Below are positions 41,592 to 50,943 of a stretch of 64,000 bases of DNA, in pieces (positions within the stretch are counted from its first letter, which is position 1; every line of letters begins with the position of its first letter). The notes beneath the pieces are model-generated. The model saw only the letters and a program-made list of their open reading frames with translations, was not told the DNA's origin and searched no databases. This DNA is from an uncultured candidate division Zixibacteria bacterium (GTDB lineage: Bacteria; Zixibacteria; MSB-5A5; GN15; PGXB01): assembly GCA_963702205.1 (NCBI GenBank), contig OY969724.1, positions 1,248,001 through 1,312,000 on the forward strand. Direction: 5' to 3'. The position numbers were made by a program, and so were the translations under genes.

Positions 41592-42062
41592 TCACCGCCT
41601 GAGCGTCGCCTTCAACCGGTTTGAATTCAAAATCATATCGAAAGCATCAATCGGGCTCTGCACCAAGATATCCGAGGCCTTGAGCGCCTCGACCGAACAC
41701 CCCTCGTCGGTACAAATGCAAATCCCGATCGCAGCTTCATCGAGCATACGCGCGTCATTGTTGCCGTTGCCGACCGCGAGACATTTATCAGCCCCGAGCA
41801 TTCTTATATAATCCCGCTTTTTGGCGGTGTGCTGATCGCCCGACAAGATTTCCACGGTGGCGTCGATATTTTTAAGCGCCTCGGCGGCTCGGCCGTGCGT
41901 GTCGGCGGTGAGGACGTGAATTTCCAGAAACGATCCGATACTTTTCAGCCGCTCGGCGACACCGTCGATAAGTACCCCATCGACCGACAGCGTCCCGGAA
42001 AAATCAAGCACCAGGTGCTCGATTTTTATCGCCCCGAATTCAGGTATATCCAGCTTGAGCAT
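41592..42062 (-). CDS. HAD hydrolase (soluble P-type ATPase-like)
   Basis: LVLDFSGTL, LTADT, VGNGNND. Confidence 0.87.
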   Translation of the reverse strand: MLKLDIPEFGAIKIEHLVLDFSGTLSVDGVLIDGVAERLKSIGSFLEIHVLTADTHGRAAEALKNIDATVEILSGDQHTAKKRDYIRMLGADKCLAVGNGNNDARMLDEAAIGICICTDEGCSVEALKASDILVQSPIDAFDMILNSNRLKATLRR

Positions 42063-43030
42063 GAATGGAATTTACGAAGTTGCAATAGCTTAAGTCAATA
42101 AATTTGAGTTTCAGCCGAGATTCAGCAAGTGGAAATCCTTTGACTATAAAGTAGCTTATAAGTATATAGATCCTATGATGTAAGATAGAAAAAGAACTAT
42201 TCCCGAACTTGATTATTTAGTCAATATGTCTGACAAGGATCAAATTGAGATAATTGTTATATAGTAACTAGTTACTAAGTCATTATGGGATGTATAAAAG
42301 TAATGTAAACTAGTTTGTTCACTTATTATCAATGTAATTATGCCGATACGAAATACCAAAAATACTAATCGTATTTTACTTTTTTGGGGCTTATTAGCTC
42401 TTATATTTGGTACGAGAGTTGACGCATTTGTATTTCCCAAGTCGAACATAACTTATCCGGAGACTGAAACCGATTCAATGCGTATCCATAATAAGGATAT
42501 GGCAATTATCTTTACTGAGAGATTAATAAGTGCATATAAATATATAATTGATAGGAATATCAATAAATCGTTTATCGATAGTTTTTACCTTTATCAAAAT
42601 AAAGGGATTGACGCGTACATAGTAATTTCCGATACGGATGAAGTTTTTATTAACTTAACTCCTTGTGATTCGAATAAAGTAAATATTGTCTTTACGGAAT
42701 TACCGGCTCAATTTGAAATTCTGGCAAGAAAAAATAGATATGAAAAGGGCTTTAGCCTAAATGTACCCTATAGTCAAGCATTGGATTATTACAATAATGC
42801 AATTGGCGCATATGGATTAGATGTAGATGGCATATTTATAATTGAAGATTTCCATGTTTCATCGGCTTATCCCAAAATTGTGGATTTCGGTAAAAAGATG
42901 GTTACTATTTTGTGGGGTGGCACTTTCAATTTTAAATATAAGGAAGATAATATTGATAAAGTGAATAGTGTTGATCTTACAGGGATAAATATACTTTTTC
43001 ATGACAATAACTTTAGATGGATCATGAATA

Positions 43031-44348
43031 GGGAGTGTACGGAATTTTGTGTAAGCGGCCGGTTCATGTGTTTTCGATCCTTCCCTCGAAGACGATGCAG
43101 AAGTGATTAAGGGCCGCCACCCAGTCCTTGATCGGACGCTTCCATTTTTTCGAGATTCTTTGTATCGCCAGGTAGATCACCTTTCTGACTGATTCCACCG
43201 TCGGGAACGAGCCGCGATTCCGCGTCACCTTGCGCAACTGAGCATTCATCGACTCGATGGCGTTGGTCGTATAGATAACCTTTCGAATCTCTTTGGGGTA
43301 GCTAAAAAACGGGATGATGTTCATCCAGCAGGACCGCCATGAGCGGGCGATCTGCGGGAAACGGTCCCGGTATGTGGCCTCGAACGCCGTCAGGGCCTGC
43401 TCGGCGGCTTCTTCGTTGGGCGCCGAGTAGATCGTCTTGAGATCGGCCGCGACCGCCTTGCGCTCTTTCCAACCGACATACTTCAGCGAGTTGCGCACCA
43501 TGTGCACGAGACATAACTGCACCTGGGTCTGCGGAAAGGCCGTCTCAATCGCATCAGGGAACCCCGTCAGACCATCGACACAGGCAATCAGGATGTCCCG
43601 AACGCCCCGGTTCTTAAGCTCCGTCAGCACCGACAGCCAGAACTTCGAACCCTCCTGATCGCCGACCCACAAACCCAAGAGTTCCTTGTAACCCTCCGGC
43701 GTGATCCCCAAGGCCAAATAGACCGCCTGGTTTTTGACCTGGCCGCTCTGACGAAGCTTCAGGTGGATGGCGTCCAGATAGACGATCGGGTAGACCGCCT
43801 CCAGCGGCCGACTCTGCCACACCGTCACCTCCTGAAGCACGGCGTCCGTCACCGCCGAAATCAAGGCCGGGGAAACCTCCGACTGGTACATCTCCTCAAG
43901 ATGACCCTGGATATCCCGCGTCGTCAAACCCCGAGCGTACAGCGCCAACACCTTGTCGTCGAAACCGGGCAGGCGCCGCTGGTGCTTTTTAACCAACTGC
44001 GGCTCGAACTCGCCGTTCCGGTCCCGCGGAATCTCCAGCGTAACATCTGCCGACCCGGTCTTGACCGTCTTGCTGGTTTTGCCGTTGCGAGAGTTGCCGC
44101 TGTTTTTGCCTTCGGGAGCATTGGGCGGATAGCCCAAGTGATGCGTCATCTCACCTGCGAGGGCGCGCTCATACACCCGTTTCGTGAGCGCCTGCAGAAG
44201 ACCGCCCTCACCCACTATCTCTTCCGGCGTCTTGCCGGCGATCATCTCGTCGATCAGTTTGTCAGCTTCGTCACGTTTCTTGGCCATGATATACCTCCTT
44301 CAACTATATATACGTCATGGCCACTTACACAAAAATATTTACACGCGC
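43031..44348 (-). mobile_element. IS256-family element, copy 1 (1318 bp)
   Basis: IRs GGGAGTGTACGGAATTTTGTGTAAG / CTTACACAAAAATATTTACACGCGC; 8-bp TSD CATGAATA (43023-43030, 44349-44356). Confidence 0.96.
43064..44287 (-). CDS. IS256 transposase
   Basis: RNG, IPRDR, YLDA, DGLTG, QLCLVH, YTTNAIES. Confidence 0.96.
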   Translation of the reverse strand: MAKKRDEADKLIDEMIAGKTPEEIVGEGGLLQALTKRVYERALAGEMTHHLGYPPNAPEGKNSGNSRNGKTSKTVKTGSADVTLEIPRDRNGEFEPQLVKKHQRRLPGFDDKVLALYARGLTTRDIQGHLEEMYQSEVSPALISAVTDAVLQEVTVWQSRPLEAVYPIVYLDAIHLKLRQSGQVKNQAVYLALGITPEGYKELLGLWVGDQEGSKFWLSVLTELKNRGVRDILIACVDGLTGFPDAIETAFPQTQVQLCLVHMVRNSLKYVGWKERKAVAADLKTIYSAPNEEAAEQALTAFEATYRDRFPQIARSWRSCWMNIIPFFSYPKEIRKVIYTTNAIESMNAQLRKVTRNRGSFPTVESVRKVIYLAIQRISKKWKRPIKDWVAALNHFCIVFEGRIENT

Positions 44349-45071
44349 CATGAATATTGCGACGGATGTAGGTGATAAAGTGGCCACATATGAAATAAAT
44401 AAATTCATTGCAAAATCAAGCATATATAAACAAGCAATGTCTTATCCCAATCTTAATGACGACGCCATAAAGAAAGCCATAGCCTATGAAGAAATGAGCC
44501 CTATTGTAAAATATATAAATAGGCGTCAAATGTCTGGTAATCCAATGCCATTTTGGGAATATGAATTGAAAGTTGAGGAACTTAAGAATATTTCATGTTC
44601 GTACGGTATAAATGATACCGCATATCCAACGAATGTGCTCAACGATATTTCATTTCAATGTTGTGCTGGAACGCTTTTATGGTCATATGAAGAATGCTCT
44701 GGCTTTGTTAGTCAATGGAGCTACATAAATGCCTTTTTCTTGATTATATTAGTTATTGCATTAATTATATTAGTATTTTCACCAAGCGTTTTATCCCAAT
44801 TTTGGTTCTATATTCTTAAAGGAATTCCGGCCGTATTACTCATATCAAATGGCTGGGTATATTCCAGGATGCCGGAAGTGATGGGAATAAAGTATTGGAT
44901 AGTGCCTGGAACCTTATTTATTTTTTGCATAATTCTTGCCATTTTTATTTTAGTGAAGCGCGATAGTCATCACAATAATCAATTTGGGTCCGGAGCACCT
45001 CGTACTGAGTAGTAACCGTATCATATTAATGTTAAATTTGCTCGTCCCCTATATATAGGAGGCCTATAATT

Positions 45072-45170
45072 ATGTCCGACCCATGCGTTTCTGGAAGGAA
45101 ATTTGGGATGATATTTGGGAGAGAATTTAAAAAAATGTACGACCAAAGCCAATTTGCTGTAAGACCATAA
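45072..45170 (+). CDS. Putative 32-aa peptide
   Basis: AGGAGG 9 nt before the ATG; MSDPCVSGRKFGMIFGREFKKMYDQSQFAVRP*. Confidence 0.35.
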   Translation: MSDPCVSGRKFGMIFGREFKKMYDQSQFAVRP

Positions 45171-45275
45171 ATGGCACTTAATTAACTGTGCCAAAACCCG
45201 CCAAATTAGACTGAAATTAGGGGTGTGAAATACAAACTTGGTAGTGAAATTGTACCGGCCGTTTAGCCGAAGAAT

Positions 45276-45301
45276 CCCACCACTAAAGTGGTGGGGCACC
45301 C
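45276..45301. repeat. REP-like hairpin CCCACC..tetraloop..GGTGGG-CACCC
   Basis: Related copies at 49659-49682 and, split by MITE B, 12822-13000. Confidence 0.65.
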
Positions 45302-45339
45302 AGATGATACATTCGTGCCCGTGCCATATTGCATAAACG

Positions 45340-45373
45340 AAAAGCCGCGGTGGGCAATACCGTCGCGGCTTTT
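45340..45373 (-). terminator. Intrinsic (possibly bidirectional) terminator
   Basis: AAAAGCCGCG...CGCGGCTTTT downstream of the sdhA-like gene. Confidence 0.65.
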
Positions 45374-45396
45374 CTATGGGGAGGTGTTATGAAAAT

Positions 45397-47067
45397 CTAT
45401 CTTAGCGTGCCGACATACTGCGTCGTCAACTGACGGTTCCGCACGCGCGGGTCGGTGTAATCCGGAAGAATCATCGGAGCCACCCGGTCACAATCCGGAA
45501 GCTCGGTGTCGATCTCTTTATTGTACTTAACGACGTGTTCCAGCGTCAAGGCACCGTCTTCGGCTTTGTCTTTGACGTACTGCGCCGCCGATGCGCCCGC
45601 AATGCGTCCGTAGACCATGATGTCGAGCAGGGAGTTGCCCATCAGGCGGTTTTCACCGTGAATGCCGCCGCCGACTTCGCCGCCGACAAACAGTCCCGGG
45701 ACACCGGTCTCGCCGGTGTTGCGGAATTCCAGTCCGCCGTTCTGATAGTGCAGCGTCGGGTAGATGAGCATCGGTTCTTTGGAGATGTCGATGCCGAACC
45801 GTTTATACAGGATGAATTTGCCGGGGAACTCGCGCTCGACGGTACCTTCACCCTGCAGCATGTCGATCATCGGCGAATCGAGCCAGATGCCGAGCTTGCC
45901 GGTCGGGGTCGGGACGCCCTTGGCCTTGACGACGCACTCTTTGATGATCGAGGCGGCTTCGACGTCGCGCGGTTCGCGTTCGTTGACAAACTGCTGGCCG
46001 TCGATGTTGACCAGGTTTGCACCCGAGCCACGGAATTTTTCCGTGATCAGAATGCCTTCGGCCTGTTCGGGGAAGACGATACCGGTCGGATGGTACTGCA
46101 CGGTGTGCAGGAAACAAACCGGAACTCCGGCGCGGTAACCCATGACGATACCGTCGGCGGTCGCACCGTAGTGGTTGGTGGTCATAAAGCCCTGTATGTG
46201 CAGACGGCCGCAGCCGCCGGTCGCCATGACGACCGCTTTGGCTTTGACGACAATGTACTCCTCGGTTTCGAGGTTATACAGCACCGCTCCGGCGCACTGG
46301 CCTTTATTGTTCAATATCAGTTCGACGGCCGGTGAAAATTCGATGACCTGTATGTCGTCGGGATAATTGCGGGCTTCGTCGCGAACCGTACGCATGATCT
46401 CGGCACCGGTAATGTCGGCCGCGAAGTGCATCCGCTTGCGCGAGGTGCCGCCGCCGTGGATAGTACGCATGCGTCCGTCGGCGTCTTTCGAGAAAGCGCA
46501 TCCCAGTGATTCCAGCCATTTGATGGCATCGGGAGCTTTGGTCACCAGCGTTTCGACCAGTTCGGGCGTGTTCTTGAAATGTCCGCCGCCCATGACGTCG
46601 AGGTAGTGGAAGTAAGGACTGTCTTTGTGGCCTTTGGACGCGGCCTGAATGCCGCCCTCGGCCATCATCGTGTTGGCGTCGCCATGACGGAGCTTGGTCG
46701 CGATAATCGCTTTGCATCCATTTTGCACGGCATAAATCGCCGCCGACGTGCCGGCACCACCGCCTCCGATAATGAGGACGTCGGTTTCATAGTCGATTTT
46801 GCTCAGGTCGATCTTGGCCGGATCGACTCGGCTTTTGGCTTCGAGCACGTCGGCCATTTCGTGGGCGATGCGGTAACCTTTGGACGGGCCGACTTTGAGC
46901 TCGCGGCGGCCTTCTTCTTTGACGTCGGGATGATACTGCAGCATCTCGGCACGCTGATCGAGATCGAGAAACGGGACTTCTTCATTCTTTTTCTTACGCT
47001 CGACGCGTTCCGCCCGGGTCGACTCGACAACTTTTATTAACTGCTTTAATTCTTCTGGATATGGCAT
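45397..47067 (-). CDS. Fumarate reductase/succinate dehydrogenase flavoprotein (TfrA-like)
   Basis: IIGGGGAG, NTMMAEGG, QYHPTG, LITEKFRG, EPRD, PTLHYQNGG, HGENRLMGNSL. Start at MPYPEE. Confidence 0.9.
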   Translation of the reverse strand: MPYPEELKQLIKVVESTRAERVERKKKNEEVPFLDLDQRAEMLQYHPDVKEEGRRELKVGPSKGYRIAHEMADVLEAKSRVDPAKIDLSKIDYETDVLIIGGGGAGTSAAIYAVQNGCKAIIATKLRHGDANTMMAEGGIQAASKGHKDSPYFHYLDVMGGGHFKNTPELVETLVTKAPDAIKWLESLGCAFSKDADGRMRTIHGGGTSRKRMHFAADITGAEIMRTVRDEARNYPDDIQVIEFSPAVELILNNKGQCAGAVLYNLETEEYIVVKAKAVVMATGGCGRLHIQGFMTTNHYGATADGIVMGYRAGVPVCFLHTVQYHPTGIVFPEQAEGILITEKFRGSGANLVNIDGQQFVNEREPRDVEAASIIKECVVKAKGVPTPTGKLGIWLDSPMIDMLQGEGTVEREFPGKFILYKRFGIDISKEPMLIYPTLHYQNGGLEFRNTGETGVPGLFVGGEVGGGIHGENRLMGNSLLDIMVYGRIAGASAAQYVKDKAEDGALTLEHVVKYNKEIDTELPDCDRVAPMILPDYTDPRVRNRQLTTQYVGTLR

Positions 47068-47077
47068 GGCTAACCTC

Positions 47078-47842
47078 TTAGAGATATCTTGTGTCTTTGG
47101 GGGTCCAGTCGTCACCGGCGGTGGCGGGTTCCAGTTCGCGCTCCTGATAGGTCTTGCGAAGCGTCTCGGCATCCATGGCCTTTAGCTCACCGAGGCCCTC
47201 TTTGAAACGTCCGGCTTCGATATTGGCCACCATGGTCGCCAGGTGTTCGGCGCGCGGTGTCAAATACGCCCCGTTCAGGCGGCGGGCCAGCTGCGCGATG
47301 TGGTACTGCGGCATCTCCGCGAAACAGCGGCTGGCGCACAGACCGCACTGGATGCAATCGAACGAAATTTCGGCGGCCGCTTTGAGGTCACCGCGCTTGA
47401 GAGCCGCGACATAATCCATAACCTGCACGTCCATCGGACAGACTTTAGTGCAGGCGTTGCAGGCGACACAGCGGAAAAGCTCGGGGTACAGCTCGAAAAC
47501 TTCTTCCGGTCTGCCCTGAAGGTCTTCGAAATTGTACGTCGCCCGGATGGCCGGATAAAACGGCAGCTGCGTCAGGTACATGTTCGGTTCGACTACCGTC
47601 TGACAGGCGAGCCCGGTATAGATTTTGTAGTCGCCCGGTTTACGATAGACCGTACTGCAGGCTCCGCACACGCCGCCGCGACAGCCGCAACCCCGGATGT
47701 ATTTGTATCCGGCGTATTCGATGGCTTTCATGATCGTCAACGATTCGGGAACCTCGTACTTCTTGCCCATGACGAAAATGGGGATCATCTTGGCCGCGAC
47801 CTGGGGTTTGGTCTCGGTTGCGGCGTCTGTTGTAGAACTCAT
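47078..47842 (-). CDS. SdhB/FrdB-like iron-sulfur subunit
   Basis: CRGGVCGAC...LAC (2Fe-2S), CVACNACTKVCP, CIQCGLCASRC. Confidence 0.88.
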   Translation of the reverse strand: MSSTTDAATETKPQVAAKMIPIFVMGKKYEVPESLTIMKAIEYAGYKYIRGCGCRGGVCGACSTVYRKPGDYKIYTGLACQTVVEPNMYLTQLPFYPAIRATYNFEDLQGRPEEVFELYPELFRCVACNACTKVCPMDVQVMDYVAALKRGDLKAAAEISFDCIQCGLCASRCFAEMPQYHIAQLARRLNGAYLTPRAEHLATMVANIEAGRFKEGLGELKAMDAETLRKTYQERELEPATAGDDWTPKDTRYL

Positions 47843-47879
47843 TTTTCCTCGCACCTCTATATCAAATTATTTTTTTCGT

Positions 47880-48773
47880 TTACGCGGCCGATGCTTCTTT
47901 GATCAGCCCTTTTTCCTTCAAGATGTTCAAAGCACTGGCGCGGTTGAGATCGAAATGGCACGCCTTCATCGGCAATCCCAAAGCGACCGCCAGAAGCTGC
48001 GTGAAATAAAAGGCCGGCATGTCTTTCGCACCCTCGAACTTGCCGATCATCAGGTCCTGGCGTTTCCCGAGGTTGAAATCGCACAGGGGACAGGTCAGTG
48101 CCAGAACCTCGGCTCCGTTGGCCATCGCGTCGGTGATGATGTCGTGCGAAATCTTGAGGGTGACGTCCGGGGCACCGAGCACCTGATACGATCCGCAGCA
48201 CTGGGTCGCCATCGGGTAGTCGATCACTTCGGCACCGAGCGTTTCCATAAATTCGCGGAAGATGGTCGGACGGTCGACTTTATCGAGCGCAACCTCTTTC
48301 GGGCGAAGCAGCGTGCAGCCGTAGTACGGACCGACTTTGATGCCGTCGAGCGGTACCTTGACTTTTTCTTTGAGCTTGTCCCAGCCATACTCATCGCGAA
48401 GGAAGTCGAGCATGTGCACGACTTTGACCGAACCGTCATAGTCCGGTTCTTCGTCCATGAACATATTAAGCGTCTTGGCTTTTTCGGGATCATTCTTCAT
48501 GATGTCGTTGGCGCGGGCCAGCGTGTTGTAGCACATAGAGCACAAAGTCAAAAGCGTATCGTGCCCGGCCTCTTTGGCGCGGATCAGATCGCGCACCGGA
48601 GCGATAAGGTGGATCAGGTCGTCGTCGGCCAGCGAATAAACCGCACCGCAACAGTTCCAGCGGGGAAGTTCGACCGCTTCGACACCGAGCTCTTTCAGCG
48701 CCGCCAGAGCGGAATCTTCGAGATTGCGGGCCTTGGTTTTGAGCGTGCAACCGGGGTAGTATCCAATTTTCAT
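47880..48773 (-). CDS. hdrB: Heterodisulfide reductase subunit B-like (CCG domain) protein
   Basis: YYPGC, WNCCG, CSMC, YYGC, CCGS, CPLC. Confidence 0.88.
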   Translation of the reverse strand: MKIGYYPGCTLKTKARNLEDSALAALKELGVEAVELPRWNCCGAVYSLADDDLIHLIAPVRDLIRAKEAGHDTLLTLCSMCYNTLARANDIMKNDPEKAKTLNMFMDEEPDYDGSVKVVHMLDFLRDEYGWDKLKEKVKVPLDGIKVGPYYGCTLLRPKEVALDKVDRPTIFREFMETLGAEVIDYPMATQCCGSYQVLGAPDVTLKISHDIITDAMANGAEVLALTCPLCDFNLGKRQDLMIGKFEGAKDMPAFYFTQLLAVALGLPMKACHFDLNRASALNILKEKGLIKEASAA

Positions 48774-48785
48774 AGCGGGTCTCCT

Positions 48786-49196
48786 TTACGATGTCATCTT
48801 GCGGAACCCGGAGACCATGGCGATCTGAGGCAGATCGATAATCTCTTCCGGCTGCAGGTTGGACGGTTCAATATGGTTGACGTTGGTCCGGAGCGAAAGC
48901 AGGCGGACGGCTTCCATGACACGGGGGATTTCTATCCCGCGCGGGCATCTGGCCTGGCAGACGTGACAGGAAGCGCAGATCCAGGCGGTGTTCGAATTCA
49001 TGACCTTTTCCGCCTGGCCCCATTGCAGCAGGGCCATCAACAGGCGGGGGGTGTGATCGAGATGTTCGATCATCGGGCACGAGCCGGAGCAGGTTCCGCA
49101 CTGCATGCATTGCTGGACTATCTCGCCGCTGATATCCCTGATTTTTTGCTTGAGTTTGTCGTCGATATTCTTTGGAGTAATTTCTCGCGACATCAC
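48786..49196 (-). CDS. hdrC: Heterodisulfide reductase subunit C-like ferredoxin
   Basis: CMQCGTCSGSCP and WICASCHVCQARCPRGI. Confidence 0.88.
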   Translation of the reverse strand: MMSREITPKNIDDKLKQKIRDISGEIVQQCMQCGTCSGSCPMIEHLDHTPRLLMALLQWGQAEKVMNSNTAWICASCHVCQARCPRGIEIPRVMEAVRLLSLRTNVNHIEPSNLQPEEIIDLPQIAMVSGFRKMTS

Positions 49197-49261
49197 AACC
49201 TCGTTAAATTTATGTCAATATTTGTTTGCAAATTCATGTATTATACGCGTCGCAGGGCATA

Positions 49262-49354
49262 TTAGTGAAAAAATTCACTAAGCGGGTATTTTAACTTTAG
49301 TCAATATATATAATCGGGTTGAAATCATCAACCCTTTTGGGAAATTTTTCACAA
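49262..49354. promoter_or_regulatory. Two Rex-like operators
   Basis: TTAGTGAA-AAAA-TTCACTAA (49262-49281) and TTGGGAA-ATTT-TTCACAA (49337-49354), versus consensus TTGTGAA-N4-TTCACAA. Confidence 0.68.
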
Positions 49355-49699
49355 AATAATTGAGAAATCCGGTTCAGTTTCGGAAAGTATTCCGGATGGC
49401 GTCAGCAAAGGATTTGCAGCCCCGCATAACTTGATCGGGAATTGGGTTTATTATTGATGTGCAAGCGGCGATACTCGAATAAAACCTGGCAGATGTGGAC
49501 ATCTACCGGTTGATTTCAATACCATTTTGAGTTTGCCAAATACGCAAAAAAAGTTATATATGTTTAAGGATAAAAATCGACAGAAATGGGGGTTCGCTGG
49601 ATTGTGTGATGATCAGAAAAAACTGTGTTTATTGATAGATGGAGTTGTGTTTAGGAAACCCACCCTGAAGGGTGGGCCACCCAGCCGGGTTCGGATTCC

Positions 49700-50943
49700 A
49701 TGTATTATGACGTTCTGGGTAATTTAATCGCCGATACGTCCCGGCCGATATTCTCGATGAATTATGAGTATCGCAATCTGATGAGCATAGCCAATCTTGA
49801 GCCGCTAATAGAAGGCAAACCCCGACCTTTTCTTACCAATTCATATGATGAATCATCGCGCAGGATTCGCAAACGGTATGATTATTATTACCAGACCGAA
49901 TGTGGTGGAATAGAACCGCTTGGCGGGATGATTACGATGGGCGGTATACCGATAGGGGGAGAAGATACTTGCATCGAATGGACCTGTTCTGAACAACATT
50001 ATCTCTATGACCGGGGACTTCTTCTGGCCGTGTTTGACCGCTATGACAACGTCGAGCAGTTTTATGTAAACGGTCCCGGTGGTCAGGTCGCAGTATACGA
50101 CAACAATAACGACGATAATTTGTATTACTTCCTCAAAGATCATCTGGGATCGACCCGGGCGATGATTGATAAAGACAATGAGGTCGTTCAATTCGTCAAC
50201 TATCAGCCTTATGGTGAGATTTTGGAATCCTGGTCGTCATACGATGAACCTTTGAAATTCACGTCCAAAGAGCGGGACAAATATTCCAGCTTCGACTATT
50301 ATTATTTTGGCTCCCGCTATTATGATCAGCGCATTGGACAATTCGCTTCGATCGACAAAGCCGGCCAATTCGCGGGCGGCTATCTCTACGGTGGTGCCAA
50401 CCCGCTGATTGGTATTGACCCTGATGGGAATTCGTTTGAATGGCTTAAGTCGGCCTATACTTGGATTAGGAATCAAATAAAAGAAAGCAAAATATATATC
50501 TCACTTCAAGGCATTCCTATTGGCAGTTTTAATGAAATACCCTCCCTGGAGTCTAATAATAGTGGCAAGACTCAACATGGTGCATTTCAGGATCTTAAGT
50601 CAGCATATGAGGTTGCGAGAACGATTCATGATATAAATAACAATCATCCCAATCTGGCTGATCCTGACTTATTTGCTTTGCAGCAAGGGTTTAATTGGTT
50701 TACTGGATTTGGACCGGAAAAAATCACTGTAAAAAATGCACCTCAATTTGAAATGGCTTTGCAGGAGACTCCATTTTGGAATATTATGACATCTAGAATC
50801 GAGGAACATATTAATAAATATGATAATGGCAGCGTTATCCCCGATTTAGATTTATTACAAAGGAATAACTTTGAATTTGGCCTTGATGAACTACAATCAT
50901 CACCAGGGTTGTTTAATCAGATTATTGGAAGTTGGAGTGAAGT
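49700..50943 (+). pseudogene. Orphan Rhs core plus C-terminal domain, truncated by IS256
   Basis: YYFLKDHLGSTR, YQPYG, FTSKERD, YFGSRYYD, YGGANPLIGIDPDG. No N-terminal Rhs region; frame runs into the IS at 50944. Confidence 0.85.

Larger units (their letters stand above)
42340..45012 (+). pseudogene. AT-rich exported/membrane protein interrupted by IS256
   Basis: Removing the IS plus one TSD joins FRWI|MNIATDVGDK in frame, giving about 448 aa with a signal peptide and ~3 C-terminal TM segments. Confidence 0.85.

Noticed and set aside
47697..49265. 522-aa + strand ORF, and similar long ORFs at 20984-22012, 33178-34203 and 61461-62612
   Set aside because: Antisense shadows of well-supported genes with no recognisable motifs.
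49659..49700. tRNA fragment (GGTTCGGATTCC resembles a T-loop)
   Set aside because: No cloverleaf; the upstream part belongs to the REP-like hairpin family.
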